64,000 bases of DNA from Chiloscyllium plagiosum (lineage: Eukaryota). The notes under the pieces are model-generated. The model was not told where the DNA came from, did not search any database, and was given only the letters and a program-made list of their open reading frames with translations. The stretch is taken from contig NC_057720.1 in NCBI RefSeq assembly GCF_004010195.1, forward strand, positions 16,434,478 through 16,498,477. Direction: 5' to 3'. The translations under genes and the position numbers were made by a program. This document shows, piece after piece, positions 51,110 to 61,753 of the stretch. The first letter of the stretch is position 1; every line of letters starts with the position of its first letter.

Positions 51110-52430
51110 TTTTATTGATGATTTATTGTCATCACATATACCGAGATACCGCCTAAAATGTCTTGTGCGCTGTATGGGCAGATTGTACCATACAGCGAAT
51201 CAGGGTTGCAGAATAGAGTGCAGAATAGTGTTACGGGGAGAGAGCAGGAGAGAGCAATCAGAATTAACATTTAAGATGCCCATTCATAAGTCTGATAACA
51301 GCAGGGAAGTAGCTGTTCTTGAATCTGCTCAAACGTGCTCAAACTTGTATATCTTCCATCCGACTGAAGAGGGTGGAAGAGTATATAACCAGGGTAGGAA
51401 GGGTCTTTGATTATGTTGGTTGCTTTCCCAAGGCAGTGGGACGTGTAGATGGAGTCTGTGGATGGAAAGCTGGTTTGCATGATGGACTGGGCTGTCTAGT
51501 TTCTTGCAGTCTTGGGAAGAGCAGTCACCATACCACACTGTGATGCATCCAGATAGGATGCTTTCTGTGGTGGACATGCCAAATTCCCTTAGCCTCCTGA
51601 AGAAGTAACAACATTGTTGTGCTTTCTTGACTGACATGTCAGCGAGGGTGGACCAAGATGGATTGTTGGTGATCACCATACCTAGGAACTTGACACACTA
51701 ACCATCTCCACCTCAGCACCATTGATGCAGACAGGGACCCTCCACTCCATTTCCTGAAGTCAATGACCAGCTTCTTCATTTTTCTGATATTGGAGAGATG
51801 TTGTCTTTACACCATGCCATTCAGCACTCAATCTCATTCCCGTATTCCAACTCATCGCTGTTTCAGATCTGACCTACAATGGTGGTGTTGTCAGCAAACT
51901 TGTAACTGGAGTTGGGGTGGAATTTGGCTACACAGTTGTGAGTACATAAGGAGTAAAGCAGGGGACTGAGTATACAATGTTGCGGAACACTAGTGTTGAG
52001 GATTATGATGGAGGCGGCATCGTCACCTAATCTTACTGATTGAGGTCTACGGGTCAGGAAGTTAAGGATCCAGCTATAGAGGGGGGAACCGAGACCTAGG
52101 TCTCAGAGCTTAGAGATGAGTTGTTTGGAATTATGGTGTTGAAGACAGAATGTAGTCAATATGTAGGAGCCTGACATATGTATCTTGTTATCCAGATGTT
52201 CCAGGGATGAGGATAGGCCCAGGGAGATGGCATCTGCTGTGGACCTGTTGCGCAGGTAAACAAATTGCAAAGGATCACAACAGTTTTGTAGGTTGGAGCT
52301 GATGTGAGCCATGACTAGCTTCTTGAAGCATTTTATAATTATGGAGGTCAGAGAAGTCAGGCAATAGTCAATGAGGTTGCATGATTCTTCTTTGGCACTG
52401 GGATGGTGATTTTCTTGAAGCAGACAGGAA
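51110..52430 (-). mobile_element. Rex1/Babar-type LINE 3' portion
   Basis: LTSIIIKCFKKLV...DPLQFVYLRNRSTADAI; VKKAQQCCYFFRRLREFG..ESILSGCITVWYG. Confidence 0.88.
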
Positions 52431-52444
52431 CTGTATAATATGAC

Positions 52445-52620
52445 ATCCATATTGTCAATGGATTTATAGTAGTCAATAGATCCTTAATTCCAGATATTTA
52501 CTGAATTCAAATTCCACCATCTGCTGTGGCGGGATTCGAACCCCTCCCGGGCCCTCAGAACATTATCTGTGTCTCTGGGTTAACAGTCCGGTGATAATAC
52601 CACTGGGCCATCACCTCCAC
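52445..52620 (-). mobile_element. Second tRNA-derived SINE family, 5' part
   Basis: gaattcaaattccaccatctgctgtggcgggattcgaaccc...taataccactgggccatcacctcc. Confidence 0.75.
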
Positions 52621-53314
52621 TGTAAGATATTCTAGGTCTGGGCAGCAATAACTCACCAGGGTTACCACAACTGAGCACCAGGTGGCGTGGTTTAGGAGGC
52701 AGCCCTACCGTCCCTTGCTTTGCCCGAGGATGTCAAGTGGTCCAGTGAACTGAAAAACCCTCATGTTGTAAGGTACACTCAGGTATAATAGAAGGACAAA
52801 GCCACCTCTCTGTAAAACAGAGCACACAGAAGCCTCAATCCCATCTGAAAGGGAAGTCCAGCTTTAAGTTCATACATTTTGTTCTCAATAGCTTGGGTGT
52901 TTGCCAGGAGTATACTGGTGAGTGAGAACTTGAAACCCTGAAGTTTCAGTCTCACCTAAAGTCCAGTGCATTTCCCACATTTCCTGGGTAAGTACAGAAT
53001 GACTTAAGCTATCTAACGAATAAATCAGCACTAAGCTGCACACTCTGAAATAGCTCATTGTAAAAGCTATGACAATTGAAATTAAACTACTAACAGGAGA
53101 ATGAAACACCAAAAATCCCCATTCTCAATAACAGGAAAGCCCAGCAAATCAGCAGTACGTAAGGCTGAAGTACTGTACTGCAACCATCATTGGCTACAAG
53201 TGCCAAATAGACAGTCCCTTCAGTTACCTCCTGAGGTCCCTTATCTTAGGGCAGTAAATTCTGGGATTTACATATTAATCAATTGAAATCTGCATCACCA
53301 TTCTCGGTGATTAC

Positions 53315-53500
53315 AGAATTAACGGCCATCTATGTTCGTATAATACATCGCCTCAGTTGTATGATACTTTGGTCTTTTTCTTATAAATACTGCGCCTTAT
53401 GTACCCTGCGCCACATGCTACCTGACGAAGCAGCAGTACTCCGAAAGCTTGTATTTCAAATAAATCTGTTGGACTATAACCTGGTGTCATATGACTTCAG
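53315..53500 (+). mobile_element. Second Penelope-like pLTR family
   Basis: cctgacgaagcagcagtactccgaaagcttgtatttcaaataaatctgttggactataacctggtgt. Confidence 0.65.
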
Positions 53501-53504
53501 ACAG

Positions 53505-55150
53505 CATCACAGACACCAGTCTTCAGATAATTTGATACAATCCACGAAATCAAGAAATGGCTGGAGGCACTGAATATCACCAAGGTTCTGTGCTCTGACA
53601 ACATTCCAGTAATAACACTGAAAACCTGTGTTCCAGAACTAGTCGTGGCCTGATCAAGCAGTTCTAGTATAGTTACATTGCCATCTACCTGGTAACATGA
53701 AAAATTGCCCACATGCCCTGCACAAAAAAGCTTTCAAACCCAGTCAATTTCCACTGCATCAATAGTTTAAGATGGCAGCTCAACATCACCTTCTGCAGGC
53801 AAACTAGAGATAGGCATTAAATGCAGGTCTAGCCAGCAACACTCACAACCCAGGAATGTACACCAAAAAAGTCTACTCTCGATTATAGCTAAGTGACAGA
53901 AAGCATGGTCAAGCAGCTTTTACTTAGTAAATAGCCTGCTCACTAACAGTTTGGGTTCCATGAAGGCCACTCAGCTCCAGATTTCATCACAACTTTGGTT
54001 TTCACCTGTTCTTTACAACAGACTGAAGAGCTCAATCCCAGAGGTGACATCAGAGTGACTACCCTTGATAACACTTGACTGAGTGTATAATGAAGGAGCC
54101 CAAGAAACCTGAACTCAGTGACAACAACAGGAACATTCTCAACTTACTGTAGTCATACCTAGTGTAAACAAAGCTAATTATGGTTGTTGGAGGTAAATCA
54201 TCTTCAGTCCCAGGGCTTTCCTGTGGGAGCTCCTGAAGATATATTTTCAAATCAAACTGCTTGGAGATGTTATAAGACACCTCTGGAGAAGGTAGAGAGG
54301 CTACCACTGTGCCTCAAGAGCCTTTCCTTAGGTTGTGTTTCAGCCGATTCAATCACCTTCCCTCTACCATAAGGTCAAAAGGGGAAAGAAATCACTGATG
54401 ATCTGCATAATGTTCAGCATAATTCAGGACTCCTCAGATATCGTATCCAAATGTAGCAAGACCTGGGCCTGCACTGATATGCAACAAGTGCACTTATGCC
54501 TCGCAAGTGCCAGGCAAATACTGTCTCCAACAATACAGAATTTACTCATCCTTCCTTGACACTGTCATTGCTAAACTCCTATTATCCGCATTCTGAGGAT
54601 TTCCATCTACTTAAAACAGAACCAGACTGGCCATATTATAAATGTAAATACTGTGGCTACAGGAGCAGGTCACAGGTTAGGAATCCTGCAGTAATAACTC
54701 ACCTCCTGACTTCTTTAAGTTTGTTTACCATTGACAAGGCACCAATCAGGAGTGCAATGCAGTACTCCAAAATTTGGCTTGATGAGTTCAGCTCCAACAA
54801 CACTCAAACTTGACACCATCCAGGGCAAAGCAGCCCACTTGATTGGCATCGCATCCACAAAACATTCACACCCTCTGCAGCAAAGCTCAGTATCAGTTGA
54901 GATGCACTGCAGAAATTCACCAAGGATCCACAACCACTACCATCTAAAAGGACATGGGCAGCAAGTACATGGGAACACCACTGGTTGCAACTTCCTCTCC
55001 AAACCACACACCATCCTGACTTGGAACGTCATCATTGTTTCTTCACTTGGGTCAATTCCCAATCCAAAAAGCACTTCAAATGTACCTAAACCACATAGGC
55101 TGCAAGAGTTCAAAGAAGGTAGCTCACCACAGCTTTTTCAAAGGTACTTA
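53505..55150 (+). mobile_element. CR1/L2-group LINE RT fragments
   Basis: SAPTTLKLDTIQGKAAHLIG...MHCRNSPR...HTILTW C-terminal motifs; cagtttgggttcc (QFGF). Confidence 0.78.
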
Positions 55151-55680
55151 GTGATTACACCTGAAAGTTTGCCAGTAGAAGATTCAATTGCAAATAGAAT
55201 GAGTAGGAGACCTAACCTTGAAAAGGAGAAGTTTACAAAGCTCTGGGGAATAAACAGGATACTGTGACCAACTGGACAGGCCTTTACTCTGACACACGAA
55301 TGATGAGCTAAATGCACCCTAGCCCTCTGTCCTCTAAGAGAGAGTGAGTCTAGGTGGAAGGGTTCAACTCCAGACCACTTTCATTCATTTCACAAGGAAA
55401 ACATTCTGGAGGGAAAAAGTACTGTCATAGTGATTGAGTTTGGTTCAGATGGTAACGTTATTTTTTTTGTAAGTTAGCAGTTGTGGATACTATCCTTTGT
55501 ATGAGTTATTAAGTTGTTTACTTGTTCCAATGAAAGTAAAAAGTATTATATTCGTTGGAGAATCAAGTTATAATGTTATTCATTACCTTGGCATCAAAAA
55601 GAAATAGACGCAAGTGTGTACATACAAATACTAGATAACAATAGTCATTACAAAGTAATTTATTTTATATGAATCATTTG

Positions 55681-55758
55681 GGGACAGAGACAGACAGAGA
55701 GAGACCGAGACGGACCCAGAGGGACCGAGGGACAGAGGGACAGACACAGACAGAGAGA
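55681..55758. repeat. Degenerate (GACA/GA)n microsatellite
   Basis: gggacagagacagacagagagagaccgagac... Confidence 0.7.
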
Positions 55759-56707
55759 TGCTGAAAACATTAATTAAATGCAGCTCTTCTGTATACATTC
55801 TAATAGATTTGGATTGAGTCCCAGGGCTGAAAGATATTTAAAGCACTTAAAAATTCAACACATCTGACAATATATTAAAACAAACACATTCATGTACAAT
55901 TGTCTATGTTTAGATTATATAAATTTTGTTCATAGCATTTTTCAGGAAGCCACTGTTCCATCAACTACAAATGGTGCTAAACTCCAAGTTTTAAACTCCA
56001 AGTCTTTCACTAGGCTATCAGTTAGAATCTGGCTGAATTTGTGAAGCTGGCCTTTGATTTGAGAGAGAGCACCAAGTAACAGCTGCAATGACTCACTGGT
56101 AGAATATTGCATGATCATGGTCTTTGAGGGGTTAAATGAGCTTATTAAAATTAAGTTTGTCTACAGAAGGTTAAAAAAAATTAAATCACTAATTGAAACT
56201 GAACAAATGATATTTTATTGCTAATTGACTAAACTGTCTGGTTCCAAAAGAAATTACGATAGAAACATTGTGCAAAGTTGCCATCAAACCATTTCTGGAT
56301 GATGTCAATTTTTGACGATTTCCTGAATAATATTTAGATGCACTATCAACCATTTATACTTGAAGATAATCAATAAGTCAGGTGCTGAAAAGCTAAGATG
56401 CTGTGATTGTGAAAATCAGCAGTATGAACTGAAATTACTGGTTCAGACATACACATTGGCCTTGACTGCAAGAAAATTTGAGTTCAGGAGTAGGAATATC
56501 TTACTGCAGTTATAGAGAGCCTTGATGAGACCAAACCTGGAACACTGCATGTAGTTTCGGTCTGTTGACGTAAGAAATAATATGCTTTCCATGGAGGGAA
56601 TGCAGCAGAGATTCACTATGAAATGCAGCCGAGGTTCACCAGGCTAATACCAGGACTGGCAGGACACAAGAGGGAAGACTGGTTTGATTGGGTCTACATT
56701 CACTAGA

Positions 56708-57125
56708 AGAAAGTGAGGACTGCAGATGCTGGAGATCAGAGCTGAAAATGTGTTGCTGGAAAAGCGCAGCAGGTCAGGCAGCATCCAAGGAGCAGGAGAA
56801 TCGACGTTTCGGGCATGAGCCCTTCTTCAGGAATGAGGAAGGTGTGCCAAACAGGATAAGATAAAAGGTAGGGAGGAGGGACTTGGGGGAGGGGCGTTAG
56901 AAATGCGATAGGTGGAAGGAGGTAAAAGTGAGGGTGATGGGCCGGAGTAGGGGTGGGGGCGGAAAGGTCGGGAAGAAGATTTCAGGTTAGGAAGGTGGTG
57001 AACTCAGATTTCTCCAGTGTCCTCATTTCCCCTCCCCCCCCACTTTGTCTCAGTCAAATCCCTCGAACTCAGCACCGCCTTCCTAACCTGCAATTTTCTT
57101 CCTGAGCAACACATTTTCAGCTCTG
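56708..57125 (-). mobile_element. Young Penelope-like insertion with internal inversion and 10-bp TSD
   Basis: TSD attcactaga at 56698-56707 and 57127-57136; 56737-56756 is the reverse complement of 57106-57125; 56971-57000 is mirrored near 57070-57102. Confidence 0.88.
56797..56836 (-). ncRNA. Minimal type I hammerhead ribozyme motif in a Penelope pLTR
   Basis: Minus strand reads cauuc-CUGAAGA-a-GGGC-ucau-GCCC-GAAAC-GUC-gauuc: intact CUGANGA and GAAA core, 4-bp stem II, GUC cleavage triplet, loop-less palindromic stem III. Confidence 0.7.
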
Positions 57126-57547
57126 TATTCACTAGAGTTTAGAAGGATAAGATTGGATCTGATACAAAATTCTAAACAGGATTGGACACGCTCGCTAGAT
57201 GAAGGTTCTGGAGCCGAGAAGCAGGAGACAGTCTCAGGATATGGGGCAGACAATTTAGGAATGAGATAAGGAGAAATGTTTCCAACTAAAAGATAGTGAA
57301 CCTGTGGAATTTTTCACTACATAGGGCTGTAGAGACCAAGTCACTGAATAAATGTTCTTAATTTTAAAGGAGTCAAGAGGTATGGGGAGAAAACAGGAAC
57401 ATGGCACTGAGATAGACTATCAGCCATGATCATATTGAATGGTGGAGCAGGCTTGAAGGGCTGAATGGCCTACTCCTACTCTTAGTTTCTATTTCAATGA
57501 TGCTATTTGCAGTTTGTTTCTGATAAATCGGCTTAATATGCCATTTT

Positions 57548-57815
57548 GAGTCAGAGTTATAGAAATGTACAACACAGAAGCAGACCCTTTGGTCCAGCTT
57601 GTCCATCTGGACCAGATATCCCAACACAATCTAATCCCACCTGCTAGCACCCAGCCTGTATCCCTCCAAACCCTTCCTATTCATATACTCATCCAGATGC
57701 CTTTTAAATGTGGCAATCGTACTAGCCTCCACCACTTTCTCTGGCAGCTCAATCCATACACGTACCACTCTCTGCGTGAAAAAGTTGCCCCTTAGGTCTC
57801 TTTTATATCTTTCCC
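57548..57815 (-). mobile_element. CR1 LINE 3' end
   Basis: RYKRDLRGNFFTQRVVRVWIELPEKVVEA translation. Confidence 0.85.
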
Positions 57816-57889
57816 TTTGGTAGCTATTTGGCTGCCTGCTCTTGTCACCCCCTGCCCCCATCCCAAAAACTCCCACAACCCCAAATTTT

Positions 57890-58505
57890 ATCATTTCTGT
57901 CCTGAATGGGTGACCTCTAATTTTAAAAACAGCGTCTCCTGTCTGGTTCACCCAGGGGAAGCATAATACCCACTTCCATCTTGTCAAGACCATTCAGAAT
58001 TGCATATATGGCAATCAAATCAAACTTCATATTCCTAAACTTCAGAGAAACATGCCCAGTCTAACCAATCTTATAAGACAGCTATCAGTTGCCTCCCAAG
58101 TATTCACATCCTTCCTTAAATGAGGAGACCAAAACTGTGCATACCATACTCAATGTGGCCTTACCAATGTCTGCAAAAATGGAGCACAACATTCTTACTT
58201 ATATTTTCAATTCCTTTTGATATAATGAACAGTATTCCATAAGCCTTGCTGCATCTGCCTACTAACATTGAGACTCACGTATGAGAACAGCTAAATCTCT
58301 CTGCATCACAGAATTCCACAGCCATTTTCTATTTAATTAATATTCTGCTTTAATTACTCTTCTTGGCTAAGTGAAAAGATTCACACTGCTTCACATTGTA
58401 CTTCACCTGCCAGATTTTTGCCCACTTAACCAAATGATAATTGGTCTGCAACTTCCTGGTTTTCTCCACACACATTCCTACCTATTTTTGTATCATCTGT
58501 AAATG
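57890..58505 (-). mobile_element. Old CR1 RT fragment
   Basis: ggagaccaaaactgtgcataccatactcaatgtggcc (PHxEYxxQFWSP antisense); gtatcatctgtaaa. Confidence 0.65.
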
Positions 58506-59351
58506 TAGGTGCCAGGCCTCCAAAGTCTCACCTACAGTGTCCAGTTCAGGTTTGTTGTCTATAGTGAACTGTTGGCTATCCAGCGAGAGCAAACATATCT
58601 GTAAAAGTGAAGTTCTTTCCTGTTCTGTGTCATGACCTCCAAAGCAGTGGAAAAATCGAACAACTTCTATATGCTCAACTTCCATATTACAGTAATAAAC
58701 ACATTCTCCGTCAGCTTGAGAAAATGTGATTATTTTTGATGCCTGCCAGAAGCTTGTACCTTTCCAAACTAACGCAACCTCATTCACCAGGCTGAATGAA
58801 ACTGGCCTTATAGATCAAGAAGCAATGCATAATAGTAAGAAGCATTTAAAATAACAATTCAAAATGCACAAAATATACATTTCTGTTGAAAACCCAAAGC
58901 TCAGCAAGAAAGATTCATCCATGACTTACTAAGGAGGTTAGAAGTAGTATAAGACTAAGGGAAAAGGTATAATGTGATTTGGAGAGGCTTTTTAACCAGC
59001 AAGGAACCAGAAAAATGTTGATGCAAAGGGAAACAACAACATTCAAGAGTGAAACAACCAGGAATATAGAAACAGTTTTCAATTGCTTTCACAAGCATAT
59101 AAAAAGGAACAGAGATAAAAGTAAACATTAATTCCTTAGAAACAGGGACAAAATAAATCATGGGGAATGGTACAGAGACGTTGAACAATACTCCATTCTG
59201 ACTCTATCGAATATTATCTGCGTTTCCCTCTAGAGATGCTGACCAACTGAGTATTTTCTGTTCTTAGCATGAGTTTAAAATTTGGATAGGTATCAGGACA
59301 TACAAATAGCATTTTCTCAAAACAAGCAAATCAGCAGACTATCAAAAAAAG

Positions 59352-60083
59352 TATTGTACTGGAAAAGTATAGCAGGTCAGGCAGCAGCCTAGGAACAAGA
59401 GAATCTACATTTCAGGTATAAACCCTACATCAGGTATGTTGGGGTGGGGAAGAGGGCTTAGAGATAAAGAAGAGTGTGGGGGGGTGAGGTAGTTGGGAAG
59501 GCAGTAGGTAAATGTAGGGTAGGGGTGATGGTAATAGGTCAAAAGGGGAGGATGAAGCAGATAGGTGGGAAGGAAGATGGACAGGTAGGACAGTTCAAGA
59601 GGGCGATGCCGAGATGGGAGGGTTGGAGCTGGGATAAGGTGGGGAAAGGGAAGATGAGGAAACTGGTGAAATTGACATTGATCCTGTGTGGCTGGAAGGC
59701 CCCAAGTCAGCAGATGAGGCATTCTTCCAGGCATTGGGTGGCTTGGATTTGAAGACGGAGGAGGCCCATAACTTACATGACCTTGGAGGAGTGGGAGGGG
59801 GAGTTAAAGTGTTCGGCCACAGGGAAACAGGATTGTTTGGTGTGTGTCCCCCAGGGATGCTCCCTAAAACGTTCCACGAGTTGGCGTTGTCTCCCCAGTA
59901 TAGTTGTCACCCCCACATTTCTATTTATCTCCCAACCCCCTCACCCACCCCAACATTCCCAATGAAGGGCTTATGTCCAAAGTATCTAATCTCCTGCTTC
60001 TCGGTACTACCTGACCTGCTGTGCTTTTCCAGCTCCATACTTTTCAACTCTGATCTCCAGCATCTGCAGGCCTCACTTTTTCC
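59352..60083. mobile_element. Penelope-like element with inverted pLTRs (minus 59352-59900, plus 59905-60083)
   Basis: GIY-YIG tail on the minus strand (PHLLTWGLPATQDQCQFHQF frameshifted from HLIFRLGxLQP); both outer ends carry the ctgacctgct..(g/a)cttttccag pLTR motif. Confidence 0.78.
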
Positions 60084-60288
60084 TAAATCAGTAGGCTCAG
60101 TCCAGTTTTATATGTGTTTGTTTTATCAATGAAACTCATATTCAGAATGTCAAATCATTGAAACATGATAGCTCAGAGTAGTTACCACAACAGAATTCTG
60201 ACAGAGCAACAGCAACAACTGTAAAACATTCTAAAGTTTAGACTTCTAAACATTTTAAAAATAATCAGCGACAACTGTAAGTACTTAC

Positions 60289-60329
60289 TCCTTACTCTCC
60301 TCATCCATATCTGCATCATTTAAGCCCAT
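60289..60329 (-). CDS. ZNF644: ZNF644 candidate first coding exon (MGLNDADMDEESK + GA; whole exon 60289-60393)
   Basis: Minus strand: acceptor tgtttgtttgtttttAG (AG at 60395-60394), ATG in strong Kozak context (atcATGG), donor GA|GTAAGT at 60288. Its phase 2 matches the single G that opens the large exon. From recall, mammalian ZNF644 also has a short ATG exon separated from the giant exon by a long intron. Sequence homology of the peptide itself is not evident. Confidence 0.65.
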
Positions 60330-61327
60330 GATGTGTTTCCTTGCAATTGAAGGCAAGTGGCTTGAAAAATAACACTACTGATGTGTCCTGTTTCTAAAAA
60401 CAAACAAACATTTATATAATTTCAAATCATCAATAACATAAAAAGATAGTGTTTCTTCAGATACAAATTTTGGAGCTTCCAAGCTCAAAAAACTTGACCA
60501 GTCACATTGATATGTTTTCAGATTTAAGAACAAATCTTTAAATAATAGTGCAATTGCACAGCTAAAATGTAGAATACTAAGACTGTCAACAATGCACTTA
60601 TGAAGAAATGAATTCATGCTAGCTTTATACACAGGTACATTTTCTAGCTTCACTGCTGAAGACAGACAGAAACTTGCTTGCACCAGTGGCGAAGGCAGAT
60701 ATCCTCATAATACTTGAGTAATACTTTGACTGGCAATTGCATATCAAGGCACACAAGGCTATGAGCCGTGAGCTGAAAAATGGGATTAGAATAATTCGGT
60801 GCTTATTTTTAACTGGCACAGACTTGATGGGCTGAAAGTGCATTTTTCTGCATTGCAGACCTTGCTGATAACCTTGATCTGAAGCTTAGCTTGAACATTT
60901 AAATATCATTACTTCAATGATTCATGGTCTTGCATTGGTAAAGTCTATCTCAAACTGGTAGACTCATATCTGAAGTCTCAGAGTATATTTTCCATTAATT
61001 CACATGAAACAACATTGATGACGATAGCTGTAAAGGTGGCAAGGATTATGGGGAACAGGCATAGTCCTGTTTGGTGAGGGCAAGATCAAATCAGACAAAA
61101 TCTTAATATATGGAAGACCAGACTAGAGGAATGTATGGCTTTCTGCTGCTTCTGTCTTGCTGAAATACTAAATATGCTGTCAAAGAATTTCATCATGGAC
61201 GCAACAAGACAGTCCAAAAATTTAACAATCTGAATTATTGTTCCCTTTGAAATGTGGTAAGCGCTGTCCTGCAGAATGCAAAATTACTTGATGGCTTGAC
61301 TCCTATTTTCAGAAATCTTCAAGTTCT

Positions 61328-61753
61328 AACATAGAACAATACAGCGCAGTACAGGCCCTTCGGCGCTCGATGTTGCGCCGATCCAAGCCCACCTAACCTA
61401 CACTAGCCCACTATCCTCCATATGCCTATCCAATGCCCGCTTAAATGCCCATAATGAGGGAGAGTCCACCACTGCTATTGGCAGGGCATTCCATGAACTC
61501 ACGACTCGCTGAGTAAAGAACCTACCCCTAACATCTGTCCTATACCTACCACCCTTAATTTAAAGCTATGCCCCCTTGTAATAGCTGACTCCATACACAC
61601 AATACTCCAGATGCGGCCGCACCAGTGTCTTATACAACTGCAACATGACCTCAGTACTCCGGGACTCAATTCCTCTACCAATAAAAGCCAGTACGCCATA
61701 TGCCTTCTTCACCGCACTATTTACCTGGGTGGCAACTTTCAAAGATCTGTGTA
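61328..61753 (-). mobile_element. Internally deleted young CR1 derivative
   Basis: HRSLKVATQVNSAVKKAYG...LVRPHLEYCV fused to MESAITRGHSFKL; near-identical to 43341-43908. Confidence 0.88.

Larger units (their letters stand above)
56455..57492 (+). mobile_element. CR1 LINE 3' region (host of a Penelope insertion)
   Basis: LLQLxRALMRPNLEHCM; tail gaatggcctactcctactc. Confidence 0.78.

Noticed and set aside
54731..55267. 178-aa plus-strand ORF
   Set aside because: Degenerate C-terminus of a LINE ORF2 running into flanking DNA; not a host gene.
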